64,000 nt of DNA from an uncultured Candidatus Saccharibacteria bacterium. GTDB taxonomy: Bacteria; Patescibacteriota; Minisyncoccia; JAHISW01; Tagabacteraceae. Both the position numbers and the translations under genes were made by a program. Below are positions 30,192 through 39,764 of the stretch, in pieces. Positions within the stretch are counted from its first letter, which is position 1. Each line of letters begins with the position of its first letter. Location: NCBI GenBank assembly GCA_964601305.1, contig CAZRMW010000004.1, positions 434 to 64,433 on the forward strand, read 5' to 3'. Below the pieces are notes generated by a model. The model searched no databases, had not been told where the DNA came from, and saw nothing but the letters and a program-made list of their open reading frames with translations.

Positions 30192-30799
30192 TATTGCGAC
30201 ACCTTTTTTCTGTGTTTCTTTATTTTTGTTTTTATAAAAATTTTTAGAGCATTGTCTTGGCTTTTGCACTCAAGTTCTGAAATTTCTTCGGTAAGTTTGT
30301 TTAAAAATAAAAACAAAACAGAATACAAAACATTGAAATGAAGTTTTTTACATCCAAATTCTTTCAAATTTGGTTTTTCAATTTTTTCAAGAGAAAGATT
30401 CTCTTCTGTAAAAATATTAAACATCATACTAAGAAATTTTTGTTTTGCCATCTCTACAATAAAACCGACAACCATTTCACAACTTATATTTTCAGTATCT
30501 ACAACCTGGTCAATAAATGAACAACTTATACGATGGTCTCTTTTAAGTTCCATGGCAGTCATAGCAATTGCTCTTATAAGCATTGAATCTAGAGGACTTT
30601 TTGTAAAAGTTTCTTTTGTTTGTTCTGTATGAAAACTAAAAACTCTTTCATCTTTATTTAAATCAAGGCTGACTGGCAAATTCAATTCTGTCCATTTGCC
30701 TAGTATTTTTTCATCGTAGTTGATTTCTTTTTTCAAAAGATTAGTAAGCTCAAAAACAAAAGTGTCTTTATCTTTCAAGATGTTTTTTTGGAGCCTCAT
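30191..30799 (-). CDS. Hypothetical protein
   Basis: 202-aa ORF with GAGGTG SD. Confidence 0.6.
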   Translation of the reverse strand: MRLQKNILKDKDTFVFELTNLLKKEINYDEKILGKWTELNLPVSLDLNKDERVFSFHTEQTKETFTKSPLDSMLIRAIAMTAMELKRDHRISCSFIDQVVDTENISCEMVVGFIVEMAKQKFLSMMFNIFTEENLSLEKIEKPNLKEFGCKKLHFNVLYSVLFLFLNKLTEEISELECKSQDNALKIFIKTKIKKHRKKVSQ

Positions 30800-30957
30800 T
30801 TTTGCACCTCGTATCCCGCCAGAGGCGGATAAATTTCAATGTTTACCCGCCTTTGGCGGGTTCTTTCTTCAGTATTCCACAATTTCACCAAAAATCAACC
30901 TTCTAGCAGGCGAGCAAGTCTTTTGATTTTTGGGGGGTAAAAAGTTAGTATAGATGT

Positions 30958-32637
30958 ATGAGCAGTTCTACTGTAGATCAAATAAAACAAAGGCTTAGTG
31001 TTGCGGATGTGGTGGGTTCCTATATCAAAATACAAAAGGCAGGTGCTAATTTTAGAGCTTGCTGCCCCTTTCATAATGAAAAAACACCTTCTTTTTACGT
31101 CTCTCCATCTCGTGAAATATGGCATTGTTTTGGGTGTGGCGCAGGTGGAGATTTGTTCGAATTTGTAAAAAGAATAGAGGGTATAGATTTTCCGGAAGCA
31201 TTAAAAGTGCTTGCCGACAGAGCCGGAGTTCAGATAGTTCACCAAAACCCAAAACTTTATAATGAAAAAACAAAGCTTTTAGAATTAATGAAAGAAGCAG
31301 TTCTTTTTTATCAAAAAAAACTTACAGAAAACAAAGAGGCTTTAAATTATCTTTGGGATAGGGGTCTAAAAAATGAAACTTTAAAAAATTTTAATATAGG
31401 CTTTTCTCCAGAAGAAGATGGAGGAAGCTGGAGGAACCTTTTTTATCACTTAAAAAACAAGGGCTATACTGGGCAGGAAATGGAAAAAGCCGGATTGGTA
31501 ATTAAAAAAAGTAGCGAGGATTTTTATGATAGATTTCGTGGGCGTATAATGTTTCCCCTAAAAGATGCTTCGGGCAGGTTTGTGGGTTTTTCAGGAAGAA
31601 TATTTAATGAAGTAAAAAAAGACGTGGGGAAATATATAAATACACCACAAACAATTTTATACGATAAGTCTAAAATTTTGTACGGGTTCGATAGGGCAAA
31701 AGTGGAAATAACAAAAGAAGATTCGTGTGTTTTGGTTGAGGGGCAAATGGACGTACTAATGTCTCATCAGTCGGGCATAGAAAACACCGTAGCTGTTTCG
31801 GGCACAGCTCTTACAGAAGGGCACCTAAGCATAATTCACAGACTAACTAACAATATTATTATGGCTTTCGACAGTGACGAGGCGGGGGAAAGTGCCGCAA
31901 AAAGAAGTATAGATATTTCTCTTCAGGAGGGGTTTGAAGTGGAGGCTATATCTTTACCAGAAGACGAGGACCCTGCAGATGTAATTTTAAAAGACAAAGA
32001 AAAATGGAAAGGGTTGGTTGAAAATTCAGTCCATATTATAGAATTTTATTTAACTGTTTTAAGAAGTAGGTACAAGGACGAAAGAAAGTTTAAACTAGCG
32101 GTGGAAAAAAGTGTATTGCCATATATTTTGTTTATACAAAGTGGGGTAGATAGAAGCCATTGGGTGAAAGAAATATCTAATCGTCTTGGGGTGAAAGAAG
32201 AAGTTATTTTAGAAGAGCTTAGAAAAATAAATAGAAACAAAAAAGACATTGTTGGTGCTCAAAAAAAAGAAAATAACAATATAAAAACTAAAAAAGAACT
32301 ACTAAAAGAAAAATTGGCAGGTATTTTTTTGTGGAAAAAGGAGAAGATAGAATTGCCAGAAATGGTTTTAAAAGAAATAAAAGAGTTTACAAAAAATCTA
32401 AAAGAGGAAAATAAAAATAAAATAATTTTGGAAGCAGAACTTTTTTATGGTGAAGATACGGGCTTGAAAAAAGAAGTTGAAAATTTGTCTAAAGAATTAA
32501 AAACAGAAATTACAAAAGAAAAACTGAATAATTTAGCTGAAGAGGTGAGGGGGCTGGAGGCAAAGGGTGAGTCTGAAAAACTAGAAAAAAAATTAGAAGA
32601 GTTTCAAACTTTATCCCGCGAACTCGCAGGGATATAA
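30958..32637 (+). CDS. dnaG: DNA primase
   Basis: CPFHNEKTPSF, CFGC, DRFRGRIMFP, KYINTP, VEGQMD, DSDEAG. Confidence 0.97.
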   Translation: MSSSTVDQIKQRLSVADVVGSYIKIQKAGANFRACCPFHNEKTPSFYVSPSREIWHCFGCGAGGDLFEFVKRIEGIDFPEALKVLADRAGVQIVHQNPKLYNEKTKLLELMKEAVLFYQKKLTENKEALNYLWDRGLKNETLKNFNIGFSPEEDGGSWRNLFYHLKNKGYTGQEMEKAGLVIKKSSEDFYDRFRGRIMFPLKDASGRFVGFSGRIFNEVKKDVGKYINTPQTILYDKSKILYGFDRAKVEITKEDSCVLVEGQMDVLMSHQSGIENTVAVSGTALTEGHLSIIHRLTNNIIMAFDSDEAGESAAKRSIDISLQEGFEVEAISLPEDEDPADVILKDKEKWKGLVENSVHIIEFYLTVLRSRYKDERKFKLAVEKSVLPYILFIQSGVDRSHWVKEISNRLGVKEEVILEELRKINRNKKDIVGAQKKENNNIKTKKELLKEKLAGIFLWKKEKIELPEMVLKEIKEFTKNLKEENKNKIILEAELFYGEDTGLKKEVENLSKELKTEITKEKLNNLAEEVRGLEAKGESEKLEKKLEEFQTLSRELAGI

Positions 32638-32642
32638 AGCAG

Positions 32643-32678
32643 TTGACACAAGATACCATTAGTATATACTGATGGTAT
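32643..32678 (+). promoter_or_regulatory. TA promoter with overlapping palindromic operator
   Basis: TTGACA-16-TATACT; ataccattagta/tactgatggtat inverted repeat spans the -10. Confidence 0.7.
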
Positions 32679-32701
32679 ATAAGCAATAAAGTTAAAATTT
32701 T

Positions 32702-32971
32702 ATGAAAACACAAATTAATTTAAAAATAGACCCGGGTGTAAAAAAAATGGCTCAAAAAAAAGCTAAAGATATTGGTCTTTCTTTAAGTTCGGTTGTAAAT
32801 GCTTCTCTTAAACAATTTGCTAATACGGGAGAGTTGCATTTGTATTCTAGTTACAAAATGACTCCGAAGTTAGAAAAGATAGTTGAAAAGGCAAGAGAAG
32901 AATACAAAAAGGGAAAAAGTTTTGGTCCTTTTTCTACCGTCAGTGAATTGATGGATAGTCTAAATAGTTAG
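32702..32971 (+). CDS. RelB/DinJ-like antitoxin
   Basis: INLKID..VK..A......GLSLS.VV...L.QF. Confidence 0.85.
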   Translation: MKTQINLKIDPGVKKMAQKKAKDIGLSLSSVVNASLKQFANTGELHLYSSYKMTPKLEKIVEKAREEYKKGKSFGPFSTVSELMDSLNS

Positions 32972-32978
32972 AGTTTTT

Positions 32979-33236
32979 ATGAGACTAAGATATTCGAGTA
33001 ATTTTAAAAGGCAATACAAAAAACTACCTAAAAATATTAAAAAGAAGACTGGCGAAAGAATAAAAATATTTTTAGAGAATCCAAGAAATTCATTGCTTAG
33101 AGTTCACAGATTGTTGGGGAAATTACAAAATTCTTGGAGTATGAATATAACCGGCAATATTCGAATTGTCTTTGATTATGATAAAAACGGTCTTTTCTTA
33201 ATCGCAATTGGAACACATAGTGAGTTGTATAAATGA
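32979..33236 (+). CDS. YafQ/RelE-family toxin
   Basis: YSSNFKRQYKKL, LRVH.L.G, ITGNIR, IGTHSELY. Confidence 0.88.
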   Translation: MRLRYSSNFKRQYKKLPKNIKKKTGERIKIFLENPRNSLLRVHRLLGKLQNSWSMNITGNIRIVFDYDKNGLFLIAIGTHSELYK

Positions 33237-33253
33237 ATATATAAAATAAATTT

Positions 33254-33730
33254 ATGAATGAAATTCCTAAAAATATCAAAATTGACAAAAACTTATCTTG
33301 CTCTCTTCATGACGACAAAAACAACAAAAAAATACTTGAAATATTAAAATCTGAAAATAGAAACTGGTATCATTATACAGATGTAAAAAAACCAGAATCT
33401 ATTGAAGATGTGAATAAATATACTGGGTCTGGGAAAATGTTTTTTGATATTTTTTATAAAAACAATTTGATTGGGATGGTTGAGTTTAACTCTGAAAAAA
33501 ATTATTTGAGCTATTGGTTGGCTTCAAAATTTCACAATAAAGGAATTATGTCGAAAATTCTTAAAAATATCTCGGACTTGTTTTTAGAACTAGGGCTTTC
33601 AGAAGTTTTTGTGCATATTCAGGATGAAAATATAGCGAGTATTCGCGTAGCAGAAAAAAGTGGGTTTAAACTAAAAAGAAGAAAAGTTTATGATGAAGAC
33701 GACATAATGCTTTTGTTTTCTAAAAAATAA
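33254..33730 (+). CDS. RimL-like GNAT acetyltransferase
   Basis: SYWL...FHNKGIM, N.AS.RVAEK.GF. Confidence 0.82.
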   Translation: MNEIPKNIKIDKNLSCSLHDDKNNKKILEILKSENRNWYHYTDVKKPESIEDVNKYTGSGKMFFDIFYKNNLIGMVEFNSEKNYLSYWLASKFHNKGIMSKILKNISDLFLELGLSEVFVHIQDENIASIRVAEKSGFKLKRRKVYDEDDIMLLFSKK

Positions 33731-33782
33731 ATTTGTATATTTTGTATATAAAACAAGCGACCGCTTAAACTCTATATTTTTT

Positions 33783-33828
33783 AAAACCTACTCTAAGACA
33801 CGCTATCGCTCCAGTTAGGGTAGGTTTT
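33783..33828. repeat. Hairpin repeat family A (also 42600-42645, 58974-59019)
   Basis: aaaacctacYcta-..gctatcgc..-agttagRgtaggttt in three intergenic sites. Confidence 0.85.
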
Positions 33829-33863
33829 GGAATTTTGACCTTGGTTTTAAAGTTTAATTTTTG

Positions 33864-33905
33864 AAAAGGTACAAAGTCTAGCGGTCGCGGAGGTTTGTAT
33901 CTTTT
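33864..33905. repeat. Hairpin repeat family B (also 42648-42692; weaker at 57741-57782)
   Basis: aaaaggtacaaagtctagYggtcgcggaggtttgta. Confidence 0.8.
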
Positions 33906-34005
33906 GTTTTTATAAACTATAGACAAGAAATATAATGTGTGTTAGTTTTGTCTGCAGAAACATAAAATAATTAACCAGCGCTACACAAAGAAAAGGAGGA
34001 AGAAA

Positions 34006-34482
34006 ATGGGCATTTTGAATAAATACCTGGTAAGAAAGGCAATTTGGTTGGCAACACCGAGCATCTTGAAAATTTTGGAACACAAAGGTGCAACTTGGGG
34101 TCCGAAGTGGGTAACAGGCTTTGTGTCGATCCCTGATCGTGAAGAATGGATTGATTTTCAGATAGGAGAAGATCCGGAAGAAAAATGGTCGTCGGAATGG
34201 GGGAATCCTGACAGGTTTTTTGAAATAGCTGGAAAGAAAATGGCTGTGGTTGAGAGAGAAGGAAAAGCGACCAGTGTTGTGGTTGCAACCCGGCCCTGGC
34301 GTTTGAAAGACGGAGAGTATCTTTATCCTGGCGGAGCAACTCGCGATGGTATATCCGTGGTGGCTTCGGGAGCGAAAGGACGAGCAGATGAGGCAATTTC
34401 TGAAATTATTCTTTCTGCTATTCGGATGCTTGCATTTCTTAAGGCTGATGTAAAGGTTGAAGCACACGAGATGAAAATTTAA
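34006..34482 (+). CDS. GlcG/HbpS-like small protein
   Basis: IA..K...., YPGG......VVASGA....DE.I pattern; strong SD. Confidence 0.6.
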   Translation: MGILNKYLVRKAIWLATPSILKILEHKGATWGPKWVTGFVSIPDREEWIDFQIGEDPEEKWSSEWGNPDRFFEIAGKKMAVVEREGKATSVVVATRPWRLKDGEYLYPGGATRDGISVVASGAKGRADEAISEIILSAIRMLAFLKADVKVEAHEMKI

Positions 34483-34504
34483 TAAATTTGGTTATAAAAA
34501 CAAA

Positions 34505-34528
34505 CACCGCCTGCAAATGCAGGCGGTG
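34505..34528. terminator. GC hairpin between convergent CDS and rnpB
   Basis: caccgcctgca-aa-tgcaggcggtg. Confidence 0.65.
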
Positions 34529-34534
34529 TAGTTC

Positions 34535-34926
34535 GTTTTGAGTATCATAAGCCGAATTCTGTTTTCACTAAATAGTGAATGTAGTCATTTATCTGTCGCG
34601 TTAGTTACCTAACGGATCAAGCGACACAGACTAGGCACTAGCCACTAGGGACTAGTTACTAGAATACGGTCTTGCACTTGGGTAGGAATTTAGCACGTTT
34701 CACCTCTAATATTACTATTAGAGCTCGCCCAGTCATTCGACTGGGCGATTTTATCTTTGCAGATAAAATCGTCTCTGTTCGCATCCCGTGGATTACTCCA
34801 GAAGGGTATTACCCTCTACCTTGCTGCTTTGTCTTGTTTTAACCACGCTTAGACAAAGCAAGTGTTCGGACTTTCCTCTCCGATGCTCGCCTTTGGCGAG
34901 AGCGGAGCAACTACTCAACTCAAAAC
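34535..34926 (-). ncRNA. rnpB: RNase P RNA
   Basis: Minus strand has GAGGAAAGTCCGAAC near the 5' end and ACAGAATTCGGCTTAT near the 3' end; P1 gttttgagt/actcaaaac. Confidence 0.93.
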
Positions 34927-35093
34927 TACTACAAGCATACCATATATAAATAATATTGTAAATGGTTCTACAGGCGCTTTTTATCCCCATTTTATCATTT
35001 TGGAGATGCTTGCCCTGAGTTTAATCGAAAAGGTATAATAAAAAATAAGTTATTTGTTGTTTAAATTATTTTAAAAATTAAAAATAAAAATAT

Positions 35094-37493
35094 ATGAGGA
35101 AAAAAAAAGAAGAAACAGAGGTTTCTCTTGAGGAAACCATTATTGAAGATTATTCGCCTGGTAAAAATGCAAGCAAATGGAAGAATTTTTCTTACTATTT
35201 GTTTTTAGCACTTGCTTTTCTTTTGCCTTTTTGGGCAGTGCCTGTAGCAGGTTTTGGACTATCTGCAAGCAAAAGCCTCCTTACTTTTGTGTTTGTGCTT
35301 CTGGCTGCGGTTTTTTATTTAGTGCACATTTTACAGAAGGGTAAAATTAGATATCCCGGAAGCGTGGCTTTTTGGGCAATTGGCGCAGCACTGTTTATTA
35401 CTTTACTTTCTACTATTTTTTCTGTTTCTTTTGGTTCGTCTATGTTTGGAGCGGGCGTAGGAACTTTTAGCTCTTTGGTGATATTAAGCATTGCTTTTTT
35501 CTTAGTCGCTACACTTTTTCAGTCAGAAAAATACGTCCTTAATTTTTTCTTTTTGTTTATCGTTTCTTCTTTGATTGTGTTTGTTGCACAAGTTTTCAGG
35601 TCTATTTTTGGTATAAGTTTTTGGGGTCTTTTGCCAAATACGACAGATAGCTTGGTAGGTTCGTGGAACGAATTAAGTATATTTTTTGGTTTTATAGCTT
35701 TACTCTCTGTTATTGTCTTAGAGTTTTTTGGAGAGAAATTGGCAGAAATAGAATCTGGAAGAAAATGGAGAATATTTTTGTTTTTTATTTTAGGTGTATC
35801 ACTATTGGTGATGGTGTTTGTCAATTTTGTTTCAGCTTGGGTCGTTTTGGGGCTATTACTTTTAATTTTTCTTGTATATTTATTTTCTGCTTTTGGAGTT
35901 AAAAGGAGTTTTGTTAGATTACCCTTTTTTGTTATTCTTATTGCTTTGTTTTTTATTTTAGCAAGACCGCTTGTTGGAGATGTTGTTTCTTCTCTCGGCT
36001 TCGGTGTTTATGATGTAAGACCGTCTTGGGGGGCTACTTTTGCTGTGGTGAAGGACACACTTGGTGATGGTGCGAAAAATACTATTTTGGGTTCTGGTCC
36101 AAATACCTTTGTTTATGATTGGGTAAAATTTAAACCAGCAGAAATTAACCAAACAATCTTTTGGAATGTTAGATTTCAAAATGGAATAGGTCTTTTACCT
36201 ACATTTTTGGCAACAACGGGCGTGCTTAGTGTAATTGCTTGGCTTGTATTTTTAGGCTTTGTTGTTTTTTACGGTCTTAAAACGGTGGGATATTCCGAAA
36301 ACAGTATGACCAAGGGTCTGCTTTTTGGCTCTTTTCTAGGATCTGTTTATCTTTGGATTTTTTCTATTATTTATGTACCAGGCAATCTTCTTTTGTCTTT
36401 AACGTTTTTGGTTACTGGCTTATTCTTTGCCATGTTGGTAAAGACAGGCTTTCTTGAGATGAAAGAATTTTCTTTCGAAAAAAAGGCAAGCACTGGGTTT
36501 ATTTCTTCTTTAACGGTTGTGGTTTTGATTTTGGTGGGCGTCTCTAGTTTTTATACAGTTTTTCAAAAGAATTTTGCTTCATACTCTTATATTCAAGGAT
36601 TAAAAGCTTTCAACATTGAGGGCAATCTAGACAAAGCTGAGAAGTCTTTTTTGAGAGCTGCTCGCTTTGACAAAAAAGATGTTTATTATAGAACCTTAAC
36701 CGAACTTGGGATGGTTCGTTTATCTTTACTACTGCAACAAACAAACATGCCACAAGAAGAAGCTAGAACAGTTTTTCAAAATACTTTGGCGACAACAATT
36801 CAAAATGCAAAGACGGCAGCAAGTTTAAACAAGAATGATCCCAGAAACTGGATGATGTTGGGCAATGTGTATAGAGAAATAATCCCTTTTAATATAGAGG
36901 GGGCTAGAGAGGCAGCACTCGATGCTTATGCGAAGGTATTGGAGATTGCTCCTACTGATCCAAGTCCGTTTCTTTCTGCGGCTCAATTAGAACTACAGGC
37001 AAAAAATATTGATGTTGCAAAAAACTACCTAAACTCTGCTTTGACGTTGAAGGGTAATTATACCGATGCTTTGTTCTTACTGTCTCAAATTGCTGCACAA
37101 GAGGGAGATTTGGAAAGTGCAATTAGGCAGACGGAGATTGCTAGGCTTACCGCACCTAACGATGTGGGTATTCTTTTCCAGTTGGGGATGTTGTATTATC
37201 AAAACAAAGACCTTGCTAGTGCGCAAAGTGTTTTTGAAAGACTTGTTTCTGTAAGCCCGAGCTATTCTAATGCAAGATATTTCTTAGGTCTCATTTATGA
37301 AAAAAACGACAATATAAAGGGTGCTATAGAGCAATTTAAGACCATAGAATCATTAAATCCGGATAATGAGGAAATAAAAACAATATTGTCTAACCTAAAC
37401 AAGGGAAGATCTGCTTTGTCTAATATTTCTCCACCTCAGCCAGCACCAGAAGAAAGAGACGAAGCTCCAATAGATGAAGACGAAGAAGAATAA
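35094..37493 (+). CDS. Polytopic membrane protein (O-antigen ligase-like) with C-terminal TPR repeats
   Basis: Many TM helices, LGSGPNTF loop motif, TPR-like C-terminus. Confidence 0.75.
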   Translation: MRKKKEETEVSLEETIIEDYSPGKNASKWKNFSYYLFLALAFLLPFWAVPVAGFGLSASKSLLTFVFVLLAAVFYLVHILQKGKIRYPGSVAFWAIGAALFITLLSTIFSVSFGSSMFGAGVGTFSSLVILSIAFFLVATLFQSEKYVLNFFFLFIVSSLIVFVAQVFRSIFGISFWGLLPNTTDSLVGSWNELSIFFGFIALLSVIVLEFFGEKLAEIESGRKWRIFLFFILGVSLLVMVFVNFVSAWVVLGLLLLIFLVYLFSAFGVKRSFVRLPFFVILIALFFILARPLVGDVVSSLGFGVYDVRPSWGATFAVVKDTLGDGAKNTILGSGPNTFVYDWVKFKPAEINQTIFWNVRFQNGIGLLPTFLATTGVLSVIAWLVFLGFVVFYGLKTVGYSENSMTKGLLFGSFLGSVYLWIFSIIYVPGNLLLSLTFLVTGLFFAMLVKTGFLEMKEFSFEKKASTGFISSLTVVVLILVGVSSFYTVFQKNFASYSYIQGLKAFNIEGNLDKAEKSFLRAARFDKKDVYYRTLTELGMVRLSLLLQQTNMPQEEARTVFQNTLATTIQNAKTAASLNKNDPRNWMMLGNVYREIIPFNIEGAREAALDAYAKVLEIAPTDPSPFLSAAQLELQAKNIDVAKNYLNSALTLKGNYTDALFLLSQIAAQEGDLESAIRQTEIARLTAPNDVGILFQLGMLYYQNKDLASAQSVFERLVSVSPSYSNARYFLGLIYEKNDNIKGAIEQFKTIESLNPDNEEIKTILSNLNKGRSALSNISPPQPAPEERDEAPIDEDEEE

Positions 37494-37506
37494 AATAAAG
37501 GATGAA

Positions 37507-37583
37507 CCCCGTACGAAATATCTAGAATATTGTCTACGGGAAAAGTAAGTGAACAAAGATTAGTTAATCGAATTTCGTACGGG
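37507..37583. repeat. Hairpin element at the murJ start
   Basis: cccgtacgaaat ... atttcgtacggg; GGATGAA occurs on both sides. Confidence 0.65.
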
Positions 37584-39266
37584 ATGAAGATTTTAAAATT
37601 TTTAGACAAAGAAGTAAATGGTTTGCACCAGGCCGCGTTTTTCTTAGCCTTTGCCTCAATAGGGGCAAAGGTTTTGGCTGTGCTCCGAGACAGATTACTT
37701 GCTTCTAGTTTTGGGGCAGGTGAAATGCTTGATGTTTATTATGCATCTTTTAGGGTGCCAGATATCATTTATGTATTTACTCTTTTTATCGTTTCAACTA
37801 CAGCTCTTATACCAATTTTCTTAGGAAAAAAAGATAAAAAAGGGGAAGCAAGGGTTTTTATAAATAGTATTTTCACCGTTTTTTTTATAGCCATAATTAT
37901 TCTTTTGGCGTTTTCTTATTTTTTAATTCCTTTTGTAGTAGATGTTATAGCCCCTGGTTTTTCCGAAGAAAATACCAACACACTAATTGATTTAAGTAGA
38001 GTCTTGCTTTTGTCTCCACTATTTTTAGGTATTTCGAATTTAGTCTCAAGCGTCATACAGTCTTATAGAAGGTTTCTGGCATATGCACTTAGTGGTGTCG
38101 TTTATAATGCAGGGATTATTGTTGGAGTGGTTTTTCTTTATCCTAAAATGGGCATATTAGGTGTGGCTTGGGGTGTTGTTTTTGGAGCACTCTTTCATTT
38201 TTTGATTCAAGTTCCTTCGATAATACAATTAGGATATTTCCCTGTTTTTAGTTTTTCTTTTTTAAGAAAAGAAATATTATTTGACATTAAAAGGGTTATA
38301 AAACTTTCTTTTCCAAGAACTTTAGGTCTGACATTAAATCAACTGGTCTTGGTGGTAATTACATCTCTAGCATCGTTTTTGGCAGCAGGGAGTATAGCTA
38401 TTTTTAACTTAGCTTCTAACCTTCAGGCAATACCTTTGGGGGTAATAGCCTTAAGTTATAGTGTTGCTGCTTTTCCATCACTGGCAAAAAGTTTTTTAAG
38501 AAAAGATATAAAAAAATTCGTATCGTCCGTGGTGTCTTCTTTAAGACATATTCTTTTTTGGCTTTTACCTGCTTCAGTTCTTTTTATTGTTCTTAGGGCT
38601 CAAGTTGTGAGAGTTGTTTTGGGTGCAGGAGAATTTAGTTGGGCAGACACCAGGCTAACAGCGGCGGCGCTGGCTTTGTTTGCAGTATCTCTTTTTGCTC
38701 AAGGACTTATTTTACTTTTGGTGAGAGCTTTTTATGCTTCAGGAGAAACAAAAATTCCTCTTTTTGTTAATATATTTTCTTCTTTAATTATTGTGATTTT
38801 TTCTTTTGGATTAGTTTATATATTTAAAAGCTTTGTTTTTGTTCAGACATTTTTTGACAGGATGCTCAGAGTAGAAGATGTTTCTGGTACTACTATTTTG
38901 GCTTTGGCGTTGGCTTTTTCTTTGGGGACTATCATTAACTTCTTAATTTTATTTTTATTTTTTGAGAAAAAGTTTGGGAATATATTGCCACATATAAAGA
39001 AGTCTGTTTGCCAGATTTTGTTTGTGTCTATTCTGATTGGAATTGTTGCATATCTGGGGCTGATAGTATTTGATGATTTTTTTAATCTAGACACCTTTTG
39101 GGGGATTTTTCTTCAAGGGTTATTATCTGGAATAATAGCAATTGCCTGCGGATTTATTTTGCTTAAAATTTTGAAAAATAAAGAGTTTGAAGAAATATCA
39201 GAATCTTTAAAGAAAAAGTTTTTCAGCAAACCAGCATCTGGGCCAGAAGTAGAAGACTTGTTATAA
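37584..39266 (+). CDS. murJ: Lipid II flippase MurJ
   Basis: RD.LLA..FGAG...DVY.ASFR.PD, QVP, RAFYA...TK.P; ATG 37584 preferred over TTG 37530. Confidence 0.92.
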   Translation: MKILKFLDKEVNGLHQAAFFLAFASIGAKVLAVLRDRLLASSFGAGEMLDVYYASFRVPDIIYVFTLFIVSTTALIPIFLGKKDKKGEARVFINSIFTVFFIAIIILLAFSYFLIPFVVDVIAPGFSEENTNTLIDLSRVLLLSPLFLGISNLVSSVIQSYRRFLAYALSGVVYNAGIIVGVVFLYPKMGILGVAWGVVFGALFHFLIQVPSIIQLGYFPVFSFSFLRKEILFDIKRVIKLSFPRTLGLTLNQLVLVVITSLASFLAAGSIAIFNLASNLQAIPLGVIALSYSVAAFPSLAKSFLRKDIKKFVSSVVSSLRHILFWLLPASVLFIVLRAQVVRVVLGAGEFSWADTRLTAAALALFAVSLFAQGLILLLVRAFYASGETKIPLFVNIFSSLIIVIFSFGLVYIFKSFVFVQTFFDRMLRVEDVSGTTILALALAFSLGTIINFLILFLFFEKKFGNILPHIKKSVCQILFVSILIGIVAYLGLIVFDDFFNLDTFWGIFLQGLLSGIIAIACGFILLKILKNKEFEEISESLKKKFFSKPASGPEVEDLL

Positions 39267-39271
39267 AAAGT

Positions 39272-39300
39272 AAAAGCTCCAACGCAAATTGGAGCTTTTT
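39272..39300. terminator. Bidirectional terminator
   Basis: aaaagctccaa-cgcaaa-ttggagctttt between convergent genes. Confidence 0.7.
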
Positions 39301-39314
39301 ATATAAATATTTTT

Positions 39315-39686
39315 CTAGAATTCTATTCTTATCAAAGCCTTTGCTTCGTTTTCAAAAGGCCTTATTTTTAGAGAGACAGAGGTTCTATCTAAAAGTGTTT
39401 TGATTTGTGTTTTTTCTTTTTTGCTATCTACGTCTGAAGTCTTTTTTATGCGATCACGAATCTCTCCTAAATTCCAATTGGGAGAAAATTTTTCTCCGTA
39501 GCCTTCAATTCTTTTTGCAACTTCTTCTATGTGAGGACCATAGTCTTTCCACGATGGGTTTTCTACCCGCACGACTTCTAGCGGTCTGTAAATACTCTTT
39601 TTGCCGACCGTCTTGCATCCTAACAACAAAAAAACACTAGATAAAACAAAACAAATCATTAATAACGCCTTATTTTTGGCATACAT
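39315..39686 (-). CDS. Putative lipoprotein
   Basis: MYAKNK + hydrophobic stretch + LLGC lipobox; AAGGA SD. Confidence 0.6.
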   Translation of the reverse strand: MYAKNKALLMICFVLSSVFLLLGCKTVGKKSIYRPLEVVRVENPSWKDYGPHIEEVAKRIEGYGEKFSPNWNLGEIRDRIKKTSDVDSKKEKTQIKTLLDRTSVSLKIRPFENEAKALIRIEF

Positions 39687-39764
39687 TTTTCTTTTCCTTG
39701 TCTTTTTAGTTGTGAAAGTCTCTGTTTTTTGCTCTAATATTAAGAAAGCATATAGAATGTAAAG

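Noticed and set aside
34793-34990. 65-aa minus-strand ORF
   Set aside because: Overlaps the RNase P RNA gene.
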